Positions 7,719 through 18,183 of a DNA stretch of 32,000 nucleotides are shown piece after piece. The DNA comes from Paramicrosporidium saccamoebae KSL3 (taxonomy: Eukaryota; Fungi; Cryptomycota). How positions within the stretch are numbered: position 1 is the stretch's first letter; each line of letters begins with the position of its first letter. Made by a program: the position numbers and the translations under genes. Location: assembly GCA_002794465.1 (NCBI GenBank), contig MTSL01000142.1:11928-43927 (forward strand). Direction: 5' to 3'. Below the pieces are notes generated by a model. It was not told where the DNA came from. It was given only the letters and a program-made list of their open reading frames with translations, and ran no database searches.

Positions 7719-9310
7719 TCACCGCAGTAAACCCTCACGCCTGGCTTGCATGATTGCGGCGGATCGGATGGCTGACAGGATAAAGTATGTCATCATCAGC
7801 GCCAAAAACACATGCCAAACAGTACTAATCTTGTCCATTATCGGATCAGGCCGACGTTCTTGGAATACAGCACGTTGGGTCAAGAGCCAGTCATGGAATG
7901 CATGTCCCCACGAAGGGAGGCGCGTTTTGACAAGAGTGATTGCTTGTTCCAGGTAATCTCGCGAAAATAGAAAAATGACAAACGACGTCTACAGATCAGT
8001 CATGATAGCAGGGCTGTACTTGAATTCCCGCCTTGATAATGGCCTTTCCGAGAATTGTGGCCAAGGCAAATGTGCAGAATGGAATCATGTAATATCCACA
8101 GGTAATTCCGGTCAAATCGAAAAATGGATTCGGAATCTACAAAATTCAGAGCACAAAAAGATGTACCGATGCGCAGAGGAGGATACCAAAAAATCCAAGC
8201 CGAGTAACAGTCTGATACGAGGCCAACTGCAATGTCTCGAATAGCGTCTTTTTTCCCTTCTTCTTCGTGATTCTCTCGACAGTCTGCATCTCTCCACTTG
8301 CTTTTCCTGCCAGTGCAGCTAAAAGTTAGCCAGCCAGCGTAATAGTACATGCACGAGCAACAAGATAAGGTGGGAGTTCGCCGATAGCAGTACCAAGCCC
8401 CCACGCAAAAGCCTCCCATTTAATCTTGTTTAGAATTGTCAAAAGAGTGACGTTGAGCTCTTCAGACGGCTCGGTGGGACAGAGAAGACTATTGAGGCCG
8501 TACAGAGGGAAATCGGTCGATTTGCAAATATATGCAGCAGTAGTGACGCGAGCAATGAAGGGGCCGAGGAAGAGGAGGAATGTGTGTGCTCCGGTGCCAA
8601 GTCCTACCGAAGAGAGGATCCCCAGGACTACCCAGCGACCATACCACATGACTGCCTCTCGTACTGGTGCCAAATACGCCTGTTGAGGTCCGTCGAACAG
8701 GAATAGGGTGATAACGAGGAAAATGCAAACGACCACATTGGCCATAATGAGGGGCGAGTTGCGGGCCATGCCAGCTCCATCTTTTCCTAACGATACAGCG
8801 CATCTAAGTGCCAACATAATGGTCGTAATCGGGCTAGTCATGAATCCAATGTCCTCCGAGGTCATTTGGGACGATGTCTTGCTCAGAGGCTGTTCTTTAT
8901 GCTTAACTGGCGTCTTGGAGGGAGTTTTCCTTCGACCCGGGGAGACACTCAGTCCCTTGGGATTCTCCACAAACGGATTTGCCGCTGACTGAGCCTCCTG
9001 AAGACGCTGCACTAACGCTCCTTTGTTCCCGACCGGCGACATGCCCAGACTCGCAAGCTCATCCTTTAATTGGTTGACGCTCATCTTGGCGGGGCTCTCC
9101 GAACGTACAATAGTAGGTGGAGATGATCTACAAGTCAGTCACCCGAGGCACGTGCTACCGAGGAAATGCTGGAAGCTCGGCCTCTTCCAAGCGCGCAATT
9201 AGCTCACTCTTCTTCCCCATAGGGGAGAGATTGCGATTACGAAGCTCGTCTTTGAGCTTGGTGACGGTCCATGCGCCCATTTGGTATTGTGATTGAGGTG
9301 TTCCAGACAT
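7719..9310 (-). CDS. VMP1: VMP1 (DedA/VTT-family ER membrane scramblase) with two N-terminal SAP domains, 5 exons, about 489 aa
   Basis: VMP1 motifs [32 protein letters not shown] and [24 protein letters not shown]. Introns 9128-9158, 8319-8348, 8137-8166 and 7989-8019 give one open frame. Confidence 0.9.
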
Positions 9311-9516
9311 TTCTGGTGGATTCAAAACGACGAAAAATGTGAGGCTTGTCTCACTACCTGAACGAGGTCCAATACCCCAGTTGGCGCCATATAAGGAGTG
9401 TATCCGATTGGCCGGCAAAGGAAGGTGGAGGACGGTGAAATGTATAGAGTAAATCAATGCACAACTGCGTAGCGAGGGCCTGGTATTAGTGCTGTGTGGT
9501 GTTTCTACGACCTTTT

Positions 9517-9600
9517 TTAACGAGAGCTATTCTGGCTAAACTACATACTCTAAACAAGAGCTGCTTTGGTCGACGTCTATACTCTAAACGAGAGTTGCTT
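9517..9600. repeat. Degenerate 34-bp tandem repeat, about 2.5 copies
   Basis: ttaacgagagctatt (9517), taaacaagagctgct (9551) and taaacgagagttgct (9585); the first two units both end in atactc. Confidence 0.6.
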
Positions 9601-9804
9601 ATTGGACTACTGACCCTCATCGGATTATCCTTTCAAAGGGGGTCGCACATATGGCTGGCTGGCTCATCACGAGCTACTAGTCATCAAAATTACCCTGTAG
9701 TCGTCTGTGGTATGCATATCTCATGTATAGACCTTTGTCAACCCGGATTTTTTATTGTTGGTCCTGTTAGGACTTTTATTGCGCGTTAATTTGTCATGCA
9801 AGGT

Positions 9805-10284
9805 TCAGTGTGGGAGGCCTTGTTGTTCCATTTTCCAAGCTCTCACATGGAGAAGCGCATCTGATTCCATCGGGACGAAGTAAGGTACTGCACACACGAT
9901 GGACATGAGTGCGAGACGAAAATCTTCCCGCATGTAACCGAGTCCTAATCCTCCCAACGCTAGGATTACACCAGTGATCCTATTAAACAGATTCGATGCC
10001 AAAGGTGTGAGGCTTAGGACCATCATGATAGTACCCACTGCAAAGAAAGCATCACATGCGATGTACTGGAGCAGCACACGCCACAAGTATGATAAAAGTC
10101 TTGGATCCTTTTCAACTAGCGGTGCCATGTGCTCGCTATAAGCTTCATAACTGTCGAAAAAGTGAAATGCCGATATGACAATACGACACAAGATTATCAA
10201 GCCCAAAGCAACAGTACCGGCAGTGTGGCGCACTTTGGTTTTGGTAGGGGCATTGCTATGATGATGAAAGACGGCCGGCTGCAT
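9805..10284 (-). CDS. Small multi-pass membrane protein (possibly DoxX/SURF4-like), 159 aa
   Basis: Clean ATG ORF with about 4 hydrophobic segments and a CCCTGGCC motif 26 bp upstream. Family assignment is weak. Confidence 0.6.
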   Translation of the reverse strand: MQPAVFHHHSNAPTKTKVRHTAGTVALGLIILCRIVISAFHFFDSYEAYSEHMAPLVEKDPRLLSYLWRVLLQYIACDAFFAVGTIMMVLSLTPLASNLFNRITGVILALGGLGLGYMREDFRLALMSIVCAVPYFVPMESDALLHVRAWKMEQQGLPH

Positions 10285-10919
10285 GCTTGTAACGTCGGCT
10301 CTTTTTGTTGCCCTGGCCGTTATTATTCTGTAAACGTTATCTCTCTAAGTTGATTGGTCGCCTTGGTAAATATCTCAAACAACAATCCAGGGCCACATTA
10401 GTGGCCAGTGATACATAATGTCACTTTGTTGTATAAAAGACGGATAACGCTCAATAAATTAAGCTCTTGTGCGGAGCATCCGATAGTGAGGCCCTGAACA
10501 TAGGGGCTGTACAACCACATCGCAGTCGACAACCTGATCAATCCATCTCTCATCATCGAAATCGCGCCAGAGATGACCCGATCAACTCGATAGTGCCACT
10601 CCTGGGCGTCGCCAAAAAAGATAATACCAGCATTGGAAGTAGTTGTTTTAAGCTCGATAACGATAGATTCCATTGTTTTCATTGATCGGTCTGCATGTTT
10701 TCTTACTGGGTCCGGAGCATGAAAGTTGACTCCCTAAAACCCACGCAGCAAACAGTCTTGATGATCTGGACTACACCGGTAAATCTCTACAGCATATATT
10801 ATCTATATATGATACTACAAACAAGCCTTTTTACTTTCGCTTCTGCTCCATATTTTTATCACAGAAATATAGTCAGTGGCCCCGCACTCGCCTATTAATT
10901 CCCGACAGGGGGTCTCTAC

Positions 10920-11985
10920 ATGGAAATGACAGTGGACGTAGAGAGCAAAATCCTCAAGCAGGTCGAGTTTTACTTTGGAGACGCTAACCTCCCCCGTGAC
11001 AAGTTTATGCTGGAGCGCGTCCAGGAGAATGAGGGTGGATGTATGTGTTGATACAAGTTGCTCATATATAGGGGTTCCCCTTGACACCATTGCCACTTTT
11101 GGCCGTATGAAGCAGCTTAGTGAGGATTTTGAGCTCATCAAGGCGTCTCTTGAGAAGGAGAGCGATCTTATTGAGCTCAACGAGGACAAGACTCTTGTGC
11201 GCCGCAAAGTGCCAATGCCAGAATCCCGCGAAACTCTCGGATGCACTGTCTATGTAAAGGGCTTCCCCCAGACCGCCACTCTTGACGAGCTTGAAGAGTT
11301 CTTCTCTCAGCATTCAGAGCACGTCCAGGCCATTCGTTTCCGCCGCTTCCCCAAGGATCGTGTCTTTAAGGGATCCGTCTTTGTGGAATTCACCACTGAG
11401 GAAGAGGCCACTCGTTTTGCCGGCCTGTCTCTCTCTTACAATGAGACGCCGTTGGTGATCAAGTCCAAAATGGCCTACTTTGAGGAGAAGAATGCGGAAA
11501 AGACGCAGAAAAGCCAGGCGATGGACACTCAACTTTTGGAAAAGATGGGCCGTGGTCGTCTCTTGAAGATTTCCGACTTTCCCTCCGAGGGCATCACCCA
11601 TGAGAACCTCAAGGAGACCCTTAAGGAATCCTTCCCAGTCGCCTATGTCGACTTTAACTATGAGTCGGGCTGTGCCTGGATCCGTTTCCGGGAACCTGTC
11701 GCCGAAAAGTTTGTTGAAGAGTACAAGGAGAAAGCTTTGGAAATTGGTGAACACAAGCTGTCCTCTTTCCATGTGGCCACGGAAGAAGAGCAAAGCAACT
11801 ACTACAAGGTTTCCATGAAGCCCCGCAAGCCTGAAGGCGGCCGTGGAGGGCAGCGTGGCCGTGGAGGTCGTGGAGGCCGTGGCGGGCGCAGTGACCGTAG
11901 TTCTAGCAAGCGCTCCGCTGATGAACCTGCTGAAGATGCTGAAGCCGAGGTGAAAAAAGCCAAGGAAGATGAGGCTGACAATTAA
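10920..11985 (+). CDS. LHP1: La autoantigen (La motif, RRM1, second RRM, RGG tail), 2 exons, 344 aa
   Basis: KILKQVEFYFGDANLPRDKF...GG|WVPLDTIATFGRM across intron 11041-11071; FKGSVFVEF RNP1. Confidence 0.95.
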
Positions 11986-12314
11986 AGGTAGTTGCAATAA
12001 AAGTGACTTAAAGATATATTAATATTGGGAATGAATATAGTAGAAGAGCATGACGACAGATCAGGTCCCCCTACCAGACAGTTTCTGCTTGTTACTATTG
12101 GCGATTCAATCCCTAATGACACTATATACGTTGATAATGGCACTACATGCGCTAATAATGACGCTGCATACGTTTCTAAAGACATCTTTTTTATTCACCA
12201 ACACCCCCAATCAAGAGTGCCTGTTATAAACCCAAGCTTCATACCCTCTCACCTGTCAATTCCATGTCCACTTTACAAGTGCGGCCAGGGTAGTAAACTT
12301 TAGTGTTGAGTCTC

Positions 12315-13977
12315 ATGAGTGAATCTTCCGAGTCACTACTATATAAACGTGCGCGGCATTTGCCAGACATTGCCGAGCCTTCCTCTTCCAATCTGGATGT
12401 TGACGCTCTAGTTGACGAGGTCCTCCGTGAGGATGTAGAGGGGTTTGAAATACGCAGCACTCCCCTAGGGGAGACTACTGCTAGCTCGGATGACGGCAGT
12501 TTTGATTCCTTTGGTAGTGAGTCAGAGGCTGTTTTGGGGGCTGATGATGAAGATGTTTGCATAATTGTCTCAGAAGACGAGATGGGGTCTAACCAATCCA
12601 CAGCTACAACTACGACTACAGAAACAGAGACAGAACTGAGGTTGGCCGAATCCCCACTCATTATATCGGATTCGGAAGTTGAGATCCCCAATATAGAATT
12701 GACAGATATTATTCAGGAGATAATGACGTACGGACCAAACCTTTTTGTGACCCGCCAGATGGAGAAGCAAATGTCTCCGGATATGCTGATGGAGTCCTTT
12801 GGGCACCCTATGCCTATAGGCATGATCCATGCAGATTTCGTAGGAAAATGGAACTTTGTGCGTAGATTCCTCCTTAAATATGTGTATGAGCGGCCTCGGC
12901 TGGGTGTCTCCTCAGTGGATGATGCGGTAAAACTTGTTCGTTCGGCGAAACGGATCCTAGTACTGACGGGTGCGGGCATTTCCGTCAGTTGTGGTATTCC
13001 AGATTTTCGTTCCGAGAATGGTCTCTATGCGCAAATACAGGAGAAATATTCTCTGCCAGAGCCAGAGTGTATGTTTGACATTGAGTACTTTCGCATAGAC
13101 CCTGAGCCGTTTTATTCCTTTGCAAAGGTACAAATTTGACGGCTGCATAATGGCTTAGGAGTTGTTGCCCAGAGAAGAATTTAAGCCATCATTCAGTCAC
13201 CATTTTATTCGGCATCTGGAACAGAGTGGCAAATTATTGCGCCAGTTTACCCAAAATATTGATACCTTGGAGGCTACCACTGGGATTGATCGTGTCGTCT
13301 ATTGTCATGGTAAACAATATCAGTCCATCTCATCTATAGGCTCATTTGCATCGGCGTCCTGTTTGGACTGTAGCAAGACAATTGACGTTGGGCAGTTAAG
13401 ATTGGCAATGGACAAGGACTCGATCCCCACGTGTAGGAAATGCGGTGGGATTGTTAAACCCGACATTGTGTTCTTCGGAGAGTCACTACCAAAAGCTTTT
13501 GATGATCACATTGCTACTGATTGTAATGAGGCAGATTTAGTCTTGGTGATGGGATCATCTCTAAAGGTCCATCCTGTCTCTTCAATTCCAGGTAATATCG
13601 CATTTGGCCCTACTTGACTTTTTCCAGATCTCATTCCGCCATATGTTCCCCAGATATTAATCAACAGAGAGTCCCTGGATCATAATTTTGATATTGAGCT
13701 GTTGGGAGACTGCGACATTATCCTGGCGGAGCTGTTCCGGCGATTACAATGGACCATAGATGACGAGACCATATTGGAGAGGTTTACCCCTCTTCTTGAG
13801 ACTACGACCAATTGTCGGTTTATCGAACCAAATTATCACATTTTCCCTGGCTCCAAGGTCGGAGCGGAGCCTGACGAGCCTCCTAGAGCTGCACCGGGTA
13901 GTCCCGCCAGCTCTGAAGGACTTGTTGGCCAAGATGAGGGGGATGATTTGCTTGCTATGGAGATGGCATTTGTTTAG
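12315..13977 (+). CDS. SIR2: Class I sirtuin (Sir2/SIRT1-like NAD-dependent deacetylase), 4 exons, about 521 aa, acidic N-terminus
   Basis: [27 protein letters not shown]|SF, CxxC...Cxx[16 protein letters not shown] and INRE motifs. Three introns of 31, 30 and 36 nt. Confidence 0.93.
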
Positions 13978-14306
13978 TTGTGAGGTGTTGTGATTGCAAA
14001 TCATGCTGCTGTCAAGGTAAGTTTACTAATCTTCTTGTAGTATGTTGTTGTAAAGAGTTCTGGCCATCTTTGAATAAATTTAGCCACATTATGAAAGAGC
14101 ATTCAACCGACCAGGGGCGATTAAAAAGAGACCAGCAGTCTATTGCGATCTATCTTAGCGTACGAAAAAGGGCGCGTGAATAAGTGCTTAGTATTTGTGA
14201 GATGGCATAATTACGGACTCGGATATCGATAAAGAGTCTACTCACAACCTCGCAATATTATATATTTTTATTACGAACCAGGGACAATGGGTCTTTACTA
14301 TAGACT

Positions 14307-15338
14307 TCATCTACGTCGTATTCCCTTTGCCATGTCACTTGAGCATTTCTGCGAGTGTCTCCACCATTGTGGATTGCAACACTCTGTTTGTTTCTCTCCC
14401 AGAGGGACTTTTTGCAACACGACCCATTTATCGCATTGCCCACATCTCCCCTCGAATTGCTTTATGACAGCCCCGTTGTGAGCGCAGAATTGCTTTTCGC
14501 GTGTCGCCAAGGGGGGCTCATAGGGTCTACCCGTGTTTGCTGAAATGCCATGGATGAAATTCATGTGATACCAATAGGCACTCTGTTTGATCTTTAACCA
14601 GACTCCTGGCTTGCAGATCTGGCAAAGCCCCTCCCGCGTCATACCGCTACCACGGACAATCCGCGGAGTATACATGTCCTCGGCGAAACGCTCGTTCCGT
14701 ATTTCGTAAGACTTTAGATCAATCGAGTTGAACTCATCATTGGCCGGCGGCGGTCTCTTTCCGAGCGTCTTGCGCTTTACCGCCGAGTTTTGTGCTTTTG
14801 CGCTTGTTGGAATCATTAAATGTTCAACTGTAATGCCACTTGAGGAGTGATCGATTGCGGTACCATTCTGAAACATTGAGTGTTCCATTGCAGCACTGCT
14901 GGATAATATCGATCGCTCAGCGATCAAGTCTTTAGCTGTTGAACGTTTCGTCGTAGTCATCGAGTTTTCGACTTCTTGCTCTAGCTGTTTGTCAATGGTC
15001 AAAAGTCCGTTCCCGAGGAACAGGTTGCTAAGATCCCTCAAGGCAACCCGTGCATTTGGAGGCGAGTCCGTTTGATATATTTCTTGCATCCCATCGTATT
15101 CATTCTCATGAAAGACAATGACAGGCTCCTCATCCCATATGCTCTCGTCAATGATGGGCTGCTTGTTGACACACGGCACAAATCCAAACTCTTCCAACAG
15201 CATCTCTGAAGTGGGACGGCTGGCGCCAAAGTACGCATCTTCGCCCTTCAACGGCGATGTATCCTCGCCATGCTTTCCGTGATCTGAATACTCGGCACCC
15301 ACGCGTGCTCTCTTGTTAGACAAGCGGAACGGCAACAT
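14307..15338 (-). CDS. Rua1/Meu26-like (DUF4451-type) fungal transcriptional regulator, 343 aa
   Basis: C-terminal DMYTPRIVRG...EGLCQIC...WLKIKQSAYWYHMNFIHGISANTGRP...C..C matches the Rua1 C-terminal domain as I recall it. Confidence 0.75.
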   Translation of the reverse strand: MLPFRLSNKRARVGAEYSDHGKHGEDTSPLKGEDAYFGASRPTSEMLLEEFGFVPCVNKQPIIDESIWDEEPVIVFHENEYDGMQEIYQTDSPPNARVALRDLSNLFLGNGLLTIDKQLEQEVENSMTTTKRSTAKDLIAERSILSSSAAMEHSMFQNGTAIDHSSSGITVEHLMIPTSAKAQNSAVKRKTLGKRPPPANDEFNSIDLKSYEIRNERFAEDMYTPRIVRGSGMTREGLCQICKPGVWLKIKQSAYWYHMNFIHGISANTGRPYEPPLATREKQFCAHNGAVIKQFEGRCGQCDKWVVLQKVPLGEKQTECCNPQWWRHSQKCSSDMAKGIRRR

Positions 15339-15412
15339 ATCCCCCTACGGCCGCCATTCATGCTTTATAGCGCGCATTACCGAACAAGTTCCATATATGG
15401 CAAGTGTCTTTC

Positions 15413-16189
15413 ATGAGCTTAAGAGGGACGCACCTTCCGTTTTGGGATAGTACCATGAATAGACTGAGATTCATGCGGTACCAAAGCAAGAAGTGTGAAA
15501 CGGCTGGAATGACTGGAATGGCTGGAATGACTGGAATGGATGCAATGAAGAGTCCTGAGCGGAAAAAGAACAGGCGTCGGATAGTGTTGAGGCCAAAGAT
15601 GTCATATGTTGAGCTCATCCAGGAAGCAATCTCAAGTAGCAAAAGTGGCAAAATGATTCTTGGTGAAATATACGAGTATCTGTCACTCCGATATGAGTAC
15701 TTTCGTCTGGCCGACAAAGGCTGGAAGGTATAGAGACAGCTGTTGCAATTGAATGTCTAGAATTCCGTGCGACACGCCCTTTCCGCATCCCGAAACTTTA
15801 GCCGGATTCCGGTTACATCCAATCGTCGGCGCTTTGAGTGGAAGCTCTCTGATGATTACTGTACGCCACGTCGCGGTCGGAACAACCAGTCCACTCCCGA
15901 GACTCTGGAGACAACAGAGCCAATGCCACACTATCCCCACAACTCTCCATGCCTCAAGTTTTTCAATTACATACCAGCTGAAGACTTTGATCGTTCTTCC
16001 TTTACGCTATCCCAGAATTCGCACGTGTCTATCGGTGTGGAGACTGACCGCTACCATGGCTGGATACCGCTGCCCCGCGATCCCCTCTCAGACTGTACAT
16101 TCTTACCTCCAATTGTAGTTCCCGAAAGCTCAGCGTTTGGGAGCCATCCGACCCTGTTCAACAGCTGGGCACCCAAGCCTTGGCCCTGA
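15413..16189 (+). CDS. Forkhead (winged-helix) transcription factor, 2 exons; start codon uncertain (15413 or later)
   Basis: RPKMSYVELIQEAI...IYEYLSLRYEYFR...GWK|NSVRHALS across intron 15728-15760; NxxRHxxS recognition helix intact. Confidence 0.9.
15502..15537 (+). repeat. 9-bp coding repeat G(G/A)CTGGAAT x4 encoding (G-M-T/A)n upstream of the forkhead domain
   Basis: ggctggaat gactggaat ggctggaat gactggaat. Confidence 0.75.
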
Positions 16190-16426
16190 GAGTTGTGTTG
16201 TGGGATGCGAGGTTAAGATGACAAATAAAGCAGCTCTGTAAATAGTTTGAAAGATTTAGTTTTAAAAGCTGCTTTGGGAGTGAATTTATAGATCAAAATC
16301 CGCAGTTTACGGATCAAAGCATAACAGTCTTTACTATCACCAGTCTCCCCAGTCTACAAATCAAAATCCCAGGCTTTAACCTTTATAGTTAAAAATATTT
16401 TTAAAGTATTACAAAATAACGTTGGC

Positions 16427-17941
16427 ATGCTAGACGTGGGGCCCAGCGAGTTTCGCGACTTGCTGTTGCTCAAACTGTTTAGTTTAATAGATGAATCAAG
16501 ACGCTATCTGTCTGCAGTCTCTTCCATAGAGATAGAGTCTAGTGCAGCTCTTGAAGAATTCGAAGATACTTGCAACGAGAACAACAGCAAGTGGGAAAAC
16601 GAAATCCGACATCGAGTTGAGACAATATTCGACTGCACCTGCAAGGAACTTGAGGAAAAATATGATGGAGCTCGGCTGGTTAGAGCGCATAGCCCATATG
16701 CAGACGATGAACTTAAATGTACTATTTTGTTTCGTCTCTTTGCCATAACGATACCTGATTTCGGCTATGACGCCCGCACTGGCGTAATCATGGACCATCT
16801 TCGGCTAATGCTTCGCATATCCAAGGAATTATATGTCCGCGATGTGGAACGCAACATGGCTGAGCAGATAAAGAATGGTTACCTGAGCGAGCAGCAAGAC
16901 TTGAATGCACAGTCAACTTTGAACGGAAGACTGAGGAAAAGGCTTCTAATCGGATTGGGAGCTGTAACAGGAGGAGTAGCTCTGGGTGTGACGGCGGGAT
17001 TTGCCGCACCAGTCGTGATTCCCTTTTTTGGGTCGCTTCTTGGACTATCTGCGGGTGCAGCCTTCCTCACCGGAACCACGGCTACGGCCATTTTTGTTGT
17101 AGTTTTCGGTGCCGGTGGTGCTGGACTTGCGAGCTACAAAGTAGAGCGCCGCTATCAAGACATAAACAGCTTTCATTTTCGGCCTGTCACGTCGCAAGAT
17201 CAAATGCGGGTGGCTGTTGGTATTTCGGGATGGATCACTGAGGATGCAGATATTTACCGTCCCTGGATGGGACTAGCCGTTCCGGGAGTTGATCTTTTCG
17301 TGTTGGAGGTGGAAAAGGAGTCTTTCAAGACGCTCGGATCAGCGCTGTCGAATCTTATACGGACCTCTGCCGTGGGATATGCAGCGTCCGAACTCTTGAA
17401 AACTACAGCGCTGGCCACCGCAATGGCGGCCCTATCTTGGCCAGTAACGGTGCTTCAGGCTGGTTCTTTGATCGACAATCCTTGGTCAGTGTGTGTGAAT
17501 ATTGCAGAAAAGTCTGGACTTGTCCTTGCCGACGCAATCAGAAAGCGTGTTCATGGACACCGACCGATCACTTTGGCCGGGCATTCACTAGGCGCTCTAG
17601 TCATTTTTACGTGTTTGAGAGAATTGGCCAAGGATCCCGACATTAACATGGGAGTAATTGAAAATGTGGCTCTCTTTGGTCTTCCTGAAGTCATTTTTCC
17701 TCTGGAAGACTGGGTCCGCATGAGAATGCTAGTTGCTGGCCGCTTCGTCCACTGCTACAGCCGAAATGACTGGGTATTGCGTTTCCTGTATCGCTCCACT
17801 GCCTTAACATCAGCAGACATTGCAGGATTAAATCCCATTTCCGTGACTGGAATTGAAAATGTCAACATGAGCAATTTTGTCAAGGGGCACTTAGAATATG
17901 CAGAGAAGACTGCCGAAATGTTGGAAATGTTCAATCTCTGA
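16427..17941 (+). CDS. DUF726/TMCO4 (yeast Mil1-like) membrane protein with lipase-like fold, 504 aa
   Basis: Gly-rich TM stretch LIGLGAVTGGVALGVTAGFAAP, then IDNPW, GHSLGA nucleophile elbow and YSRNDWVL. Confidence 0.85.
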   Translation: MLDVGPSEFRDLLLLKLFSLIDESRRYLSAVSSIEIESSAALEEFEDTCNENNSKWENEIRHRVETIFDCTCKELEEKYDGARLVRAHSPYADDELKCTILFRLFAITIPDFGYDARTGVIMDHLRLMLRISKELYVRDVERNMAEQIKNGYLSEQQDLNAQSTLNGRLRKRLLIGLGAVTGGVALGVTAGFAAPVVIPFFGSLLGLSAGAAFLTGTTATAIFVVVFGAGGAGLASYKVERRYQDINSFHFRPVTSQDQMRVAVGISGWITEDADIYRPWMGLAVPGVDLFVLEVEKESFKTLGSALSNLIRTSAVGYAASELLKTTALATAMAALSWPVTVLQAGSLIDNPWSVCVNIAEKSGLVLADAIRKRVHGHRPITLAGHSLGALVIFTCLRELAKDPDINMGVIENVALFGLPEVIFPLEDWVRMRMLVAGRFVHCYSRNDWVLRFLYRSTALTSADIAGLNPISVTGIENVNMSNFVKGHLEYAEKTAEMLEMFNL

Positions 17942-18183
17942 GCATTGAGTATTGTAAATAGAGTTTTAGTATTACGAGATGATGGGGTTTTAAGGCTAGG
18001 GTGATGTGTTTTTACTAATGTTGGCAATTTGGAAAGGAGAAATTCAGGACACGCAAACATTGAAACATACTCAACCTCAATTTTGGCCATTGAGTATTAG
18101 AAGTAAAAAATTTGCGATTGTGATACAATAAAGTACTTTTTCGTTTCGCTAACAATATTATTTCCAGTTAAATAGTTGTTGCA

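Noticed and set aside
9496-9789. 97-codon plus-strand ORF
   Set aside because: GTG start, no motifs, and it runs through a degenerate tandem repeat.
10825-10834. U5 snRNA loop-I-like GCCTTTTTAC
   Set aside because: Five T rather than the invariant four, and no flanking stem or Sm site.
13980-14183. Cys-rich ORF resembling a metallothionein, and the minus-strand ACTTACCTT resembling a U1 5' end
   Set aside because: The ORF has no ATG and its Cys codons come from TG-rich low complexity. The U1-like word is just the reverse complement of a 5' splice site, and no U1 stem-loops form.
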